A stretch of 64,000 bases of DNA, from IMG/VR virus record IMGVR_UViG_3300002835_000017; one strand, written 5' to 3'. The notes beneath the pieces are model-generated. The model searched no databases. It saw only the letters and a program-made list of their open reading frames with translations, and was not told the origin of the DNA. Below, piece by piece: positions 19,803 to 29,050 of this stretch. This DNA is from a virus. Made by a program: the position numbers and the translations under genes. Numbering within the stretch: position 1 is the stretch's first letter; each line of letters starts with the position of its first letter.

Positions 19803-20204
19803 TTACAACTCCTCTGTATTAAAACTTTTAAAAACTTTTGTAGGAATTTTTTTATATCCAATTGAAGATGTTGTAATAATACAATTTTTAAATTCATCCC
19901 AATCAATCATATACGAACTATCCAATATCCCACCCGTCTTTGATTTAACTACTTCATTGAGTGCGTTGATGGTGTATATTGTATTTGACTGTTTTTTTCT
20001 ATGAACTAAAATTGTTTTCCAATCGGATGGTATTGCAGAAGAACCTTTTTTAACATTGAATGTAATGTATAGTTCTCCCTCATTTATTTTATTTTCTAAT
20101 ACAAATACGTTTGGGTTTGTAAGTATATACTGATTTAGAACAAATTCTAACGATTTATCTAACTCTTCTTTTATGGTAAAAAGACATAATAACTGTGTAT
20201 TCAT
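19803..20204 (-). CDS. Hypothetical protein
   Basis: 133 aa ORF; late-type motif at 20230-20238. Confidence 0.65.
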   Translation of the reverse strand: MNTQLLCLFTIKEELDKSLEFVLNQYILTNPNVFVLENKINEGELYITFNVKKGSSAIPSDWKTILVHRKKQSNTIYTINALNEVVKSKTGGILDSSYMIDWDEFKNCIITTSSIGYKKIPTKVFKSFNTEEL

Positions 20205-20261
20205 CTATCTTTGCTTTATTAACTTTACCGATAAATATAAAATTACAAACGAAAAGTGATT

Positions 20262-22493
20262 TTATTTACGACTTTTCCTAGAATCCACTTTAGAAGCAAT
20301 ACATTGACTCAATCCATCTCCTAATTTTTTCTCAACTTTTTTACTTTCACCGGAAGTTCTCCAGCTATCTTCTACCAATGAAACATTCCCATTTGGATTT
20401 GTAATTTCAATATATCCAGTAGTTGCATTTATTTTACACTTCTTTAATAGATGTTGATTCAATTGGTCTCTTCCTTCTTTTGAGTTAATATCTCCTTCAA
20501 ATCCACTTAACTCCGCTAAACATCCTCTAAAATCTTCAGGTCTACTTCCTCTGATACCAGTCACTGCCGATAAATTTTTATCGAAGTTTTCAACCATTAA
20601 ATCAAAGTGCATTGAATGCATTGCAGTTGCTATGTATGCCGATGTGTGAGGACCATTATTTCCATCCTTATCTGGAAATCCTTTTTCTCTATCAGCTTTA
20701 GAAATTTCATTTACCATATCACGATGCACTGCTCCAACTAAATCTTTTTCATCATTTTTATTTTTAACTGCCAACGCAATTGATTCTGAATTAAAATCTA
20801 TATCAGGATATTTTTGTTTCGTTTTTGTTTCTTGTGCAAATTCACCAACTTTTGTGAGAATTTTACCAAATTTTTTATAAGAAACTTTTTTACCCCTTGC
20901 CTCCTCTGATTTCATATATTGTTGAGCAGCTTGTAATAATTCCATATTATTTTTAGGCTTTACATTATTTTGTTGCATCCATTTATTGAATTCTGGTTGT
21001 TCTTTTAAAGCATCCATATATGGTTGCATTTCTTCGATTTCGCTAATTTTAACAAAATTTTCATCAATTTTCATAGATGCAAACGCTCTATTAGTAGCCT
21101 GTTTTCCATCTGCACATTTATCAATGCCATCTTTTGCAAAAGTTACTACTGCTTCGGATACTTCTGGACCAAACTGTTTTATGATACTAGCTAACATATA
21201 TTCTGGAGTTGTATTTGCCCACATATCTTTCAAATCATTTTGTTTTTTATTTGTAATGTGTAAGATAGTAGTTCTTCCATTTTTATCTTTACCAATTGCC
21301 ATAGTATCATGGAATCCTAATTTATCAAATGCTACGATTTCCCTTTCGTAATGTTCAACATCTTCTGCATTTCCAGATTTTTTTGCTTCTTCCAATTTAT
21401 CTTGTAAGTGTGTCCGAATTGATGCATCTGCTCCACCAGCTTTTGGATTAGATTGAATTATATGATACGGTTGTGATGTATCAATATTACTACCATTTTC
21501 AATCTCGTATAAAGTAGCGTGTGCACCATCAAATTCAGCATCAGCCCAGTCTCTGAACGCCTTTTCTTTTTTGGCTTCATCGGGTTGATTAAAACCTTTA
21601 GTACCTTTATTATACCAAAGGGAGTTAGGATTGGCTTTTAATCTTTCTAACTCCAAATCACCATATACTTTTCTTTCTGCTAAATATTGTACTGCCTCTT
21701 CTGCTGAAACTCCCAATTGTTCTGAAATCGCTTTAACTTTTCTAGCATTTGCTTTTGAGTTTGCAAGAATATTTTTCTTTTCTACTTCAATTGCTTCTTT
21801 ATTAGTTTCTTTAAATTTAGAATACCCGTCTCCTTTTAAATCATTTGCAGCACGTGTCAATGCCGATTCACCGTATGATGCAACCGAACCACCTGCTCCC
21901 GCAATACCTTTATCTCTCAATGCATTTACCTCATCTGATGCTTTAACAAGTTCTGAAAAATCTCCTTTGTTTAAAGATTGTGTAATTTCTTCTTGACGAG
22001 GTGTTAATTTTCCAGGTTCAGATTTTGGTTTCGAAGATTTAGTTGGTTTTTTTGATTTTTGTTGTGCGTTCTTTTCAGCACTACTAACACCAATATCTGC
22101 TTTTGGTGCAGTTTGTGGTGTATCTGCTTTTGGAGATGGTGTTGATGTATCTTGTGTAGGTAATTCACCACCATTACTCGCTTTCGCTTTCTCTATTTCA
22201 GCAGGAGTTGGTTTAACGTGTTTATCTGGATTAAATGTTTTAACGGTGTAAACATTACCGGAATCTTTACCTTTTACAACTTCATCTTCTTTGATAACTC
22301 GTTTCGATTTTGAGGTGTATTCCTTTATATACTTAAATACAACAGATGCTCTATCTACGAGTTGTTGAGCAGAATCAATATTTCTTTCTCTTAAAAGTTT
22401 TACTAATATTTGTTTATGAGATTCCTTTGTTAAGTCAACAATTCCTACCTTAACTGATAAATCATCTAATGCTTCTTCAAAATCTGGATACAT
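20262..22493 (-). CDS. Large hypothetical protein, possibly virion-internal
   Basis: 743 aa, Pro/Lys-rich linker, late-type motif at 22519-22527. Confidence 0.6.
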   Translation of the reverse strand: MYPDFEEALDDLSVKVGIVDLTKESHKQILVKLLRERNIDSAQQLVDRASVVFKYIKEYTSKSKRVIKEDEVVKGKDSGNVYTVKTFNPDKHVKPTPAEIEKAKASNGGELPTQDTSTPSPKADTPQTAPKADIGVSSAEKNAQQKSKKPTKSSKPKSEPGKLTPRQEEITQSLNKGDFSELVKASDEVNALRDKGIAGAGGSVASYGESALTRAANDLKGDGYSKFKETNKEAIEVEKKNILANSKANARKVKAISEQLGVSAEEAVQYLAERKVYGDLELERLKANPNSLWYNKGTKGFNQPDEAKKEKAFRDWADAEFDGAHATLYEIENGSNIDTSQPYHIIQSNPKAGGADASIRTHLQDKLEEAKKSGNAEDVEHYEREIVAFDKLGFHDTMAIGKDKNGRTTILHITNKKQNDLKDMWANTTPEYMLASIIKQFGPEVSEAVVTFAKDGIDKCADGKQATNRAFASMKIDENFVKISEIEEMQPYMDALKEQPEFNKWMQQNNVKPKNNMELLQAAQQYMKSEEARGKKVSYKKFGKILTKVGEFAQETKTKQKYPDIDFNSESIALAVKNKNDEKDLVGAVHRDMVNEISKADREKGFPDKDGNNGPHTSAYIATAMHSMHFDLMVENFDKNLSAVTGIRGSRPEDFRGCLAELSGFEGDINSKEGRDQLNQHLLKKCKINATTGYIEITNPNGNVSLVEDSWRTSGESKKVEKKLGDGLSQCIASKVDSRKSRK

Positions 22494-22532
22494 ATTTTAT
22501 TTGTGTTTCTGTATATCTTATAAATATATAAA

Positions 22533-23798
22533 TTATCCTAAATGAACCAAATTATTGTAACTGGTTCCTTCATCAATTCGAACGGGAAACCCACCCTTTT
22601 CCATAATGGTCGGTAAAAGTTTTAAAATCCCTTCCCTCTCCATCGGATGTGTATCTATGAGAAACGCATCATAAGTGTATAGAATCAATTTCGATTTCAT
22701 CCCACTCATTTGGTTTAGGATATCACTCATCTTTTTATAGTTCACTTCCGTTTCGAGGGCTTGTAGGAGATAATTAAATACCTTTTGTTCAGTCCCTCCT
22801 TCTATTTTAGTGAAATGAATTTCCCTTCCGTATAGGGGTGTTTTCAGAACTCCGGAGATTACGAACTTTTGGTAAACCTCTTTGATGTATTTATCAACGG
22901 TTTGATAAAATGGTATCTCCCTTGCGAACGAATCCAACCCCCCATAGAGATACTTAAAGGTTAGAGCCTTTGCCGTTTCGTAATCCGTTCCATAAAGATT
23001 GGCAAGGTGTTGGTGAGCAGTTTCTCCTTTTGGAAATTCATACCCTACGATTTTCGCAATCAAACGGATGTGATACGATTCATAATCAAATTGAAGGAGA
23101 GTACCCCCATCAAAACGGCTAACAAAACAATCTCTACTACCATCGGATTTGTTAAGAGCAGAGTAATTTACATTAAGGTGTCTATTGGATGGTCTACCCG
23201 TAGTTGTGTATGGATTGTATTTGGTATACACTTTACCCTCATATATGTGATTGGGAGAGAAGCTAAATCTATCAATAAATTTTTCCTCTTCGACTTTCAC
23301 CCCAGCCCCCTCCATCCTCCCTAACTCTTTTATAGAATCTGAATATATACGATACCAACTCTGTCGATTTTGTATATCAGGGATTGATTTTAAGAGTTCG
23401 TACCACTTCATTAGTGGGATACAATCATTCAACTCATTATAATCGGACCTATACCCCTTAAAAAGAGTTTCTGCCCATTCAGAGAAATTAAATGGTTTAC
23501 CATATTCTTCGAAGTAAACCCATTCATAATCCAACCCGTCTGATTGAATATATCGGTTTCCTAAAACAAGAGTATTTTCGTTACAAAGTTTATGTATTGG
23601 AAAAATTGGTAAGGTTGAAGCATCAACATGATTGAAATTTATTATACCATCATCGGTTTCAGTTCGATAATACACAAATGATAGGTGTGTACCAAATTCG
23701 TGTGCTTTGGGTGAACCCCACACTGGTATCAATAATCTAATGTTTGGATTAGATTGGACAAAAAAATGTAGGGTATCCCTATTTTCTATTAAGTTCAT
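22533..23798 (-). CDS. Divergent, short family A DNA polymerase-like protein
   Basis: TTGRPS, motif A DYESYHIR, motif B AKALTFKYLYGG, NYLLQ, motif C TYDAF. Confidence 0.85.
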   Translation of the reverse strand: MNLIENRDTLHFFVQSNPNIRLLIPVWGSPKAHEFGTHLSFVYYRTETDDGIINFNHVDASTLPIFPIHKLCNENTLVLGNRYIQSDGLDYEWVYFEEYGKPFNFSEWAETLFKGYRSDYNELNDCIPLMKWYELLKSIPDIQNRQSWYRIYSDSIKELGRMEGAGVKVEEEKFIDRFSFSPNHIYEGKVYTKYNPYTTTGRPSNRHLNVNYSALNKSDGSRDCFVSRFDGGTLLQFDYESYHIRLIAKIVGYEFPKGETAHQHLANLYGTDYETAKALTFKYLYGGLDSFAREIPFYQTVDKYIKEVYQKFVISGVLKTPLYGREIHFTKIEGGTEQKVFNYLLQALETEVNYKKMSDILNQMSGMKSKLILYTYDAFLIDTHPMEREGILKLLPTIMEKGGFPVRIDEGTSYNNLVHLG

Positions 23799-23804
23799 AC
23801 CCTA

Positions 23805-23835
23805 CAAATATATAAAATTTATTTCAATAATCCAA
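23805..23835 (-). promoter_or_regulatory. Bacteroidota sigmaA-type promoter (TTG-N20-TATATTTG)
   Basis: Exact consensus 6 nt upstream of PolA-like ATG. Confidence 0.7.
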
Positions 23836-23836
23836 G

Positions 23837-24616
23837 TTATTCTCCCCAATGGTTTTTACGAAGTTCATATACATCGATTGGCTCACGTTTCATGTGATTA
23901 CCTTGATTAAAGTATGCTCCTTTTTTTAGATATCCACCCAAAAAGTTTCGTCTAAATCTATTTGATTTATTTGGTTCTGAACCATGAATTGTGTGTGAAT
24001 GAAGTAAAACAACTTCTCCTTTACGAAGGTATCCTTCTACTTTTCTAAAATCATGTCCTTCTGGCATAACACACGGCTTACCTCTTTCGTTTCTCCAAAA
24101 CTTTGGATTACTCTTTGCTCTTTCCTCATCAATTTCAATAGGTAAGACTGGTAATCTATGTGAACCTTCATAATTCCATACTGCACCATTTTCTGGATCG
24201 TGATTATCTAACGCTAAAGCAGTATTGATAATTTCGTTATGTTTGCAACCTGTATAGAATCCATTTTGATGTTGGTCTCTACCCAATTGTCCTGGTGGTT
24301 TGAAATATGCCCAAGTTTGTAAGCCTATCAACTCTCCCTCCATCAAAAACTCCATTGCTTCAATCAACTTTGGATGGACAAATAATTTTTCTAATTTTGA
24401 TGATAATTTGTGTGGATATGCAAATGGGTCCCATTCTCCCCATTCTTCACCATTATCTTTAGTAGTCAATGACCGTTCTTGACGTAATTTTTCTAATTCA
24501 TTATTAATTTCATCACATTCTTCCTCTGTAAGGAGTTGTAATACGGTCCAACCTCGATATCTCCAATCGAAGGTCATTTGTTGAATTTCTTCTTGTGTAA
24601 GATGTTTAAATGCCAT
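23837..24616 (-). CDS. PhyH-family 2OG-Fe(II) dioxygenase
   Basis: KPPG..HQN, ALD...PENG...GSH, GEVVL.H..TIHGS.PN.S.R.R. Confidence 0.85.
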   Translation of the reverse strand: MAFKHLTQEEIQQMTFDWRYRGWTVLQLLTEEECDEINNELEKLRQERSLTTKDNGEEWGEWDPFAYPHKLSSKLEKLFVHPKLIEAMEFLMEGELIGLQTWAYFKPPGQLGRDQHQNGFYTGCKHNEIINTALALDNHDPENGAVWNYEGSHRLPVLPIEIDEERAKSNPKFWRNERGKPCVMPEGHDFRKVEGYLRKGEVVLLHSHTIHGSEPNKSNRFRRNFLGGYLKKGAYFNQGNHMKREPIDVYELRKNHWGE

Positions 24617-24638
24617 AACTATTAATTTGTTCTTTAAG

Positions 24639-24669
24639 TAAATATACTATAAATATTTTTTATTTCCAA
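24639..24669 (-). promoter_or_regulatory. Nested host-type (TTG-N20-TATATTTA) and late-type (ATATTTATA, 24648-24656) promoter motifs
   Basis: Both motifs visible upstream of the PhyH gene. Confidence 0.5.
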
Positions 24670-24683
24670 ATTTTTAAATAATT

Positions 24684-25085
24684 TTATGATTTGTAAAATT
24701 GTGTTACATTTGGTAAATACAATCCTATATTTTTTAATGTAGTAGATGCAATAAACAAAGATGCTTTATTTGAATCAATGATTCCCTTATCGGTAATATC
24801 ACCTTTTTCATTATAAACTGCATTCAATGGTCCTGATATTCTCCATCTAACTATTTCAACATTCCAATTTGGATTTTCATTTAATTTTTGAAATGTGTTT
24901 AACGAAATTTCATAAACAAATCCGTTTACATCGTTTGCTTTTTGAGCAAAGTATCTATCTATACTCCCAATAGCGTAATCATCTTCAGTTGGAGATGGTA
25001 CAATCGTACTAGGAATCGATAGTGAATAAAATGTTTTATTTTTAATTAAATCTTTATACATATTAATTGTTTTCTTTAACTTCAA
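24684..25085 (-). CDS. Hypothetical protein, baseplate region
   Basis: ORF follows baseplate genes; true start may be ATG near 25061. Confidence 0.55.
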   Translation of the reverse strand: MKLKKTINMYKDLIKNKTFYSLSIPSTIVPSPTEDDYAIGSIDRYFAQKANDVNGFVYEISLNTFQKLNENPNWNVEIVRWRISGPLNAVYNEKGDITDKGIIDSNKASLFIASTTLKNIGLYLPNVTQFYKS

Positions 25086-27318
25086 TTCTATACCCAGCTA
25101 CAATTGTAGTTTTCCAACCATTTTCATCTAATCCATGTTTTACATTTGTAATTTGAAAATATCCATTTCTATTGTATATTTCAGGAACACCATCAATGAG
25201 AAAATATTCTCCAGCACTCAATCCAGCAATTCCATCGATTGCGAGAGTTATTTCTAAAAATGTTAGAGCAGTAGTTCCTTTTGGTTGCTTTCCTATTGTA
25301 GATTGTATTAAACTGGCATCAGTGTAAATTAAATTATTACCAGAAGTTTTACTATCTTTATTTGATTTGAATTTGACAAAATTTTGAGTCAAAACTTCAT
25401 TCATATTTGTTTTTTCCTTTTCACCGTCTCCTTCTTTATCTTGCTCTGTTACACTTCCTGAAGGGTTTAGAATTTTATTCCATTCTTCTGCTTCTTCAAC
25501 TAATTTAATTTCAAGAGCATTTATTGAATAATACCCATCTGCATTTTTTGTTCTGTAATTATTAGCCTGTTTATATGCTCTAGTTGTATTTGTTTCTTTT
25601 TCTTCAGTTTTATCTTTGTTAGCACTATCTATGGCAAGTTGTGTTGAATATAATGCCTGTGATTGCGCTAATGCATCCAATTCCATATCAAACTGAAATT
25701 CTTTTACGATAGAACCCTTTGCACCTATTTTAAATCTATATTTTTCATCGGATGATGTTGATGTAGATGTTGATGTAGATGTTGATACTGATGTTTTTAA
25801 TTTTCTATCAATTATAGTATTAGTTGAAGAAGCGGATGGAAAATCATCAGGTTTGCCAATTTCTAATTTACATAAACCAAACATAAATTCATTAATCACA
25901 CCTATTAATCCATTTACAATATCAGCTTGTGCGTATGCTTGTGAATAAATTCGTGCAAATGTATCCCATTTAAAAAATACATTTAATAAATTTCCACTAT
26001 TGGATGATAATGAAACAGTTTCAGATGGGTCAAATTTACTCGTTAATGTTGTATTTGTAGCTGTTTTTTGATTTGAAATATTAAAACTATATCCATTTAT
26101 AGGTGAATCTACCGATTCATCTTCTTTAATTATTATTTTTTCTTTGTTATTAGTGTCAGTTACTACTTTTATAGATGGTAATTGTCCTGGTAGTATAAAA
26201 TCACGTGTGGTTGATATAATAAGTGGTGATGAACTTATTGGTATAATATCCTTACCATCTAATGTGTAAGCTGCCTGTAAATTATTTTCAGATTGTTTAT
26301 ATACTACTATATTATTTAATATTTTCATTAACAGTCTAAATGAAACATATAGGTCTTTACTAAATTTAGTATCTTCCTGCTTTTCGTTTATAACACCCCA
26401 GTTAAAAAATTCATTCTTATCATCTTCTTCTTTTATTATGTTTGCAAGTTCTGGTACATTCATATCCGCCGCTACTTTATTTACCCAAGATTGAAATGGT
26501 TTTACTTTGGTATCGTTAGAACCCTTGTCTGCTTTTGTGCTTGAATTTGCCTGTTTTACAGGCATCCATAATTGCAATTCATTTCCTGCGGATACTTCTA
26601 ACATTATATCGTATGTACCATCTTCGGTGGGACTAAATGTATAATTAGTAACCATTCCAGCCATATAATCATACTCATAATTAGTATCTTGTATGGTTTG
26701 TAAATATGCTTGTTTTGCTTTTATATATGCGTTTTCTTTATGAGAAAATATATTTAGATAAGCATTTACATAATCATTAAAATTCTTTTTTGCAAATAAT
26801 TTAGAACCTATTATGTATTTATTAGTTTTATTTTTAATATCAGTGTTCCATCCCCATTCTATTACAACTTTAGTAGCAGGTCTTAAAAAAAACAATTCAA
26901 ACATTTCCAATTGCTTTAAACTAAATACTTTTATTTGTAATTGTGCAGTCTTTAATGTATTATTATTACCATCAGTATCCAACTCCATTGATGTTATAAT
27001 TGGAGTAGATATTCTTCTATTTGTTTCATCTACAACTTCTATTGGTTTTCCATTTAAGTCATAACCAACAATTGTTTTGCCAGTTTGGTATAGATTTTTT
27101 ATATCAGTAGTATTTGCAACCACACATCCACAAAAAGCATTTATATAATCTTTCTGTTTTATTATCTGTTCGGCTGATTTTCCGTTGTTTGTTACTACGG
27201 TAGCAGAACTCAACATGATAAATGGTGATAGAGAATTTACATAACTAATATCATTTTCTCTTTCTGTTAATTTTTTTACTATACCCGGTTTTAAAGGGGC
27301 TAAAAATGGAAATCCCAT
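25063..27318 (-). CDS. Putative baseplate hub protein
   Basis: 751 aa; C-terminal IDGIAG...YFQITNVKH...WKTTI typical of hub proteins; synteny. Confidence 0.55.
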   Translation of the reverse strand: MGFPFLAPLKPGIVKKLTERENDISYVNSLSPFIMLSSATVVTNNGKSAEQIIKQKDYINAFCGCVVANTTDIKNLYQTGKTIVGYDLNGKPIEVVDETNRRISTPIITSMELDTDGNNNTLKTAQLQIKVFSLKQLEMFELFFLRPATKVVIEWGWNTDIKNKTNKYIIGSKLFAKKNFNDYVNAYLNIFSHKENAYIKAKQAYLQTIQDTNYEYDYMAGMVTNYTFSPTEDGTYDIMLEVSAGNELQLWMPVKQANSSTKADKGSNDTKVKPFQSWVNKVAADMNVPELANIIKEEDDKNEFFNWGVINEKQEDTKFSKDLYVSFRLLMKILNNIVVYKQSENNLQAAYTLDGKDIIPISSSPLIISTTRDFILPGQLPSIKVVTDTNNKEKIIIKEDESVDSPINGYSFNISNQKTATNTTLTSKFDPSETVSLSSNSGNLLNVFFKWDTFARIYSQAYAQADIVNGLIGVINEFMFGLCKLEIGKPDDFPSASSTNTIIDRKLKTSVSTSTSTSTSTSSDEKYRFKIGAKGSIVKEFQFDMELDALAQSQALYSTQLAIDSANKDKTEEKETNTTRAYKQANNYRTKNADGYYSINALEIKLVEEAEEWNKILNPSGSVTEQDKEGDGEKEKTNMNEVLTQNFVKFKSNKDSKTSGNNLIYTDASLIQSTIGKQPKGTTALTFLEITLAIDGIAGLSAGEYFLIDGVPEIYNRNGYFQITNVKHGLDENGWKTTIVAGYRIEVKENN

Positions 27319-27322
27319 AACT

Positions 27323-27625
27323 TTATTTATTTATTTTTTCTAAATCACTTAATACCGTAGATATATTACCTGGAATTCTTAATTGAGTTCCTGGATTAAT
27401 AAAAAACGATGCTTCATTTAGATTGTTTGCAACTGCTATTACCCACCACAATGCTTTATCTCCAAAATATTTAGAAGCGAGTATATCCAATCTATCAGAT
27501 GCTTCTGAAATAATATAAAAATCATTATCAGACGGTTTTATTTTCGGATATATAGTACTACTTATATACTGTTTTTTAGTATCTTTAGTTGATAAGGTTT
27601 TGGAATACAAATATCTACTTGCCAT
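27323..27625 (-). CDS. LysM-like baseplate wedge protein (gp53-like)
   Basis: DRLDILA.KYFGD..LWWVIA.AN, G.QLRIP. Confidence 0.75.
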   Translation of the reverse strand: MASRYLYSKTLSTKDTKKQYISSTIYPKIKPSDNDFYIISEASDRLDILASKYFGDKALWWVIAVANNLNEASFFINPGTQLRIPGNISTVLSDLEKINK

Positions 27626-28998
27626 TATTCTTTTGTTTCGTTTATTTTGCTTGCATTGGGACTTCCATCAAAATTATATTTGTATTTAGTAATACCACCT
27701 GCAGTGGTTTCGGTTTTATGATTTTCAATAATTTTCATACCAATTTGTACATCTATTACAGATGGATATAAGGTATTGGCAAGATTTGATAAAAGACCGC
27801 TGAATGCAGTACTTCCAGACGTACCACCATTAGGGTTACTATTAGGCCATACGGTATTGTCATCTATTTCAAATGATAAACTTTCTATATACCCATATAC
27901 ATTTTTATACATATCACCAATTGTTAAGTAAATTAAATTTGGAGAAAATGCGTATTGTGATGTTTGAGTATCTCCTCCGTATTTCATTTCTGAAATTTCT
28001 TCATAAGGAAATGCCAATGATTTAAGATAATTTACCTTTTTTATCATTACACCTTTTTCTTTAACGGTTGTGTAATATAATTTTAAAGTAAATTGTAAAG
28101 TGCGTTCCACTCCCAAATATCTATTCACTTTAAATGGTGAACCTAAATATCTAAAATTTGTCCATTCTGGACTTATATTTTCAGATAATCCTGTTACAGC
28201 TCCTGCAAATGGAATTATTGATTTGTTTCCTTCTTTTCTGAATAATACCCAAATTTGATTTACATCTCTATGATTCAGTATATCAGTAGTTAATTTTGAT
28301 TCATCATCATATTTTTCCGTTTGGTTGATAAAATTATTTGCACCATCCCATCCAGCTTTTTCAACTGGATTTCTCTCTTCGGTTTTAACTTCTATTGAAA
28401 ATAAATCAGTAATGGTTTTATCTCCTACTGTAGTGTTGTTGTAAATTTGTTTATACTTTGAAAATTTTGTATCTTCTCCCATAGTTTTACCTCCCAGTTG
28501 AGTTCTTCCAAATTGGGGTGCAAATCCTTGAGGTTTTCCATTATTTCCTTTTAATTTTGTTGCTAATTTTTTTAAATCTTTTGCTGAACCAAATTTGTTT
28601 AATCCTTGTTGTACCACTAAAGCTGCAGCGGATGCAGGAGATTGTCCATCCAATAATCTCTTAATAATTGAATTGGGTGCAGGTGTATCTTTTACATAAT
28701 ATGCTCTATCAGCATCTACTGCGTTTCTTAATTGAGCTTGAGTTAATGCAATGAGTGTTAATGGTTTCGCAAAAGGAGCTTCACTTCTGAATATAGTATC
28801 TGATGGTCTATTTGCAAACCCACCTAAAGCACCTCCAACTTGATTTCCAATTGCATCTGCTACCTTACTAGGAGATGATGTTAATAATGCGGCACTACGG
28901 GCTACATCAATAAATCCTTTACTTTCAATTCGGATTTCTCCTAATTTTCCATAAAGGTCTTTTTTCTGTGATTTGAAAAGGTCTCTAATTTGTGCCAT
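27625..28998 (-). CDS. Putative baseplate/tail tube initiator protein
   Basis: Tube-like C-terminal domain (SENISPEW...ERTLQF...GYIESLSF); lies between TMP and LysM genes. Confidence 0.5.
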   Translation of the reverse strand: MAQIRDLFKSQKKDLYGKLGEIRIESKGFIDVARSAALLTSSPSKVADAIGNQVGGALGGFANRPSDTIFRSEAPFAKPLTLIALTQAQLRNAVDADRAYYVKDTPAPNSIIKRLLDGQSPASAAALVVQQGLNKFGSAKDLKKLATKLKGNNGKPQGFAPQFGRTQLGGKTMGEDTKFSKYKQIYNNTTVGDKTITDLFSIEVKTEERNPVEKAGWDGANNFINQTEKYDDESKLTTDILNHRDVNQIWVLFRKEGNKSIIPFAGAVTGLSENISPEWTNFRYLGSPFKVNRYLGVERTLQFTLKLYYTTVKEKGVMIKKVNYLKSLAFPYEEISEMKYGGDTQTSQYAFSPNLIYLTIGDMYKNVYGYIESLSFEIDDNTVWPNSNPNGGTSGSTAFSGLLSNLANTLYPSVIDVQIGMKIIENHKTETTAGGITKYKYNFDGSPNASKINETKE

Positions 28999-29050
28999 CT
29001 ATAGTTCCGTATTTACTATAAATATCTCTAATGTAAATTTATAGGAATTA

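Noticed and set aside
25751-25793. 12-bp microrepeat encoding STSTSTSTS
   Set aside because: Low-complexity in-frame linker with no evidence of a regulatory role
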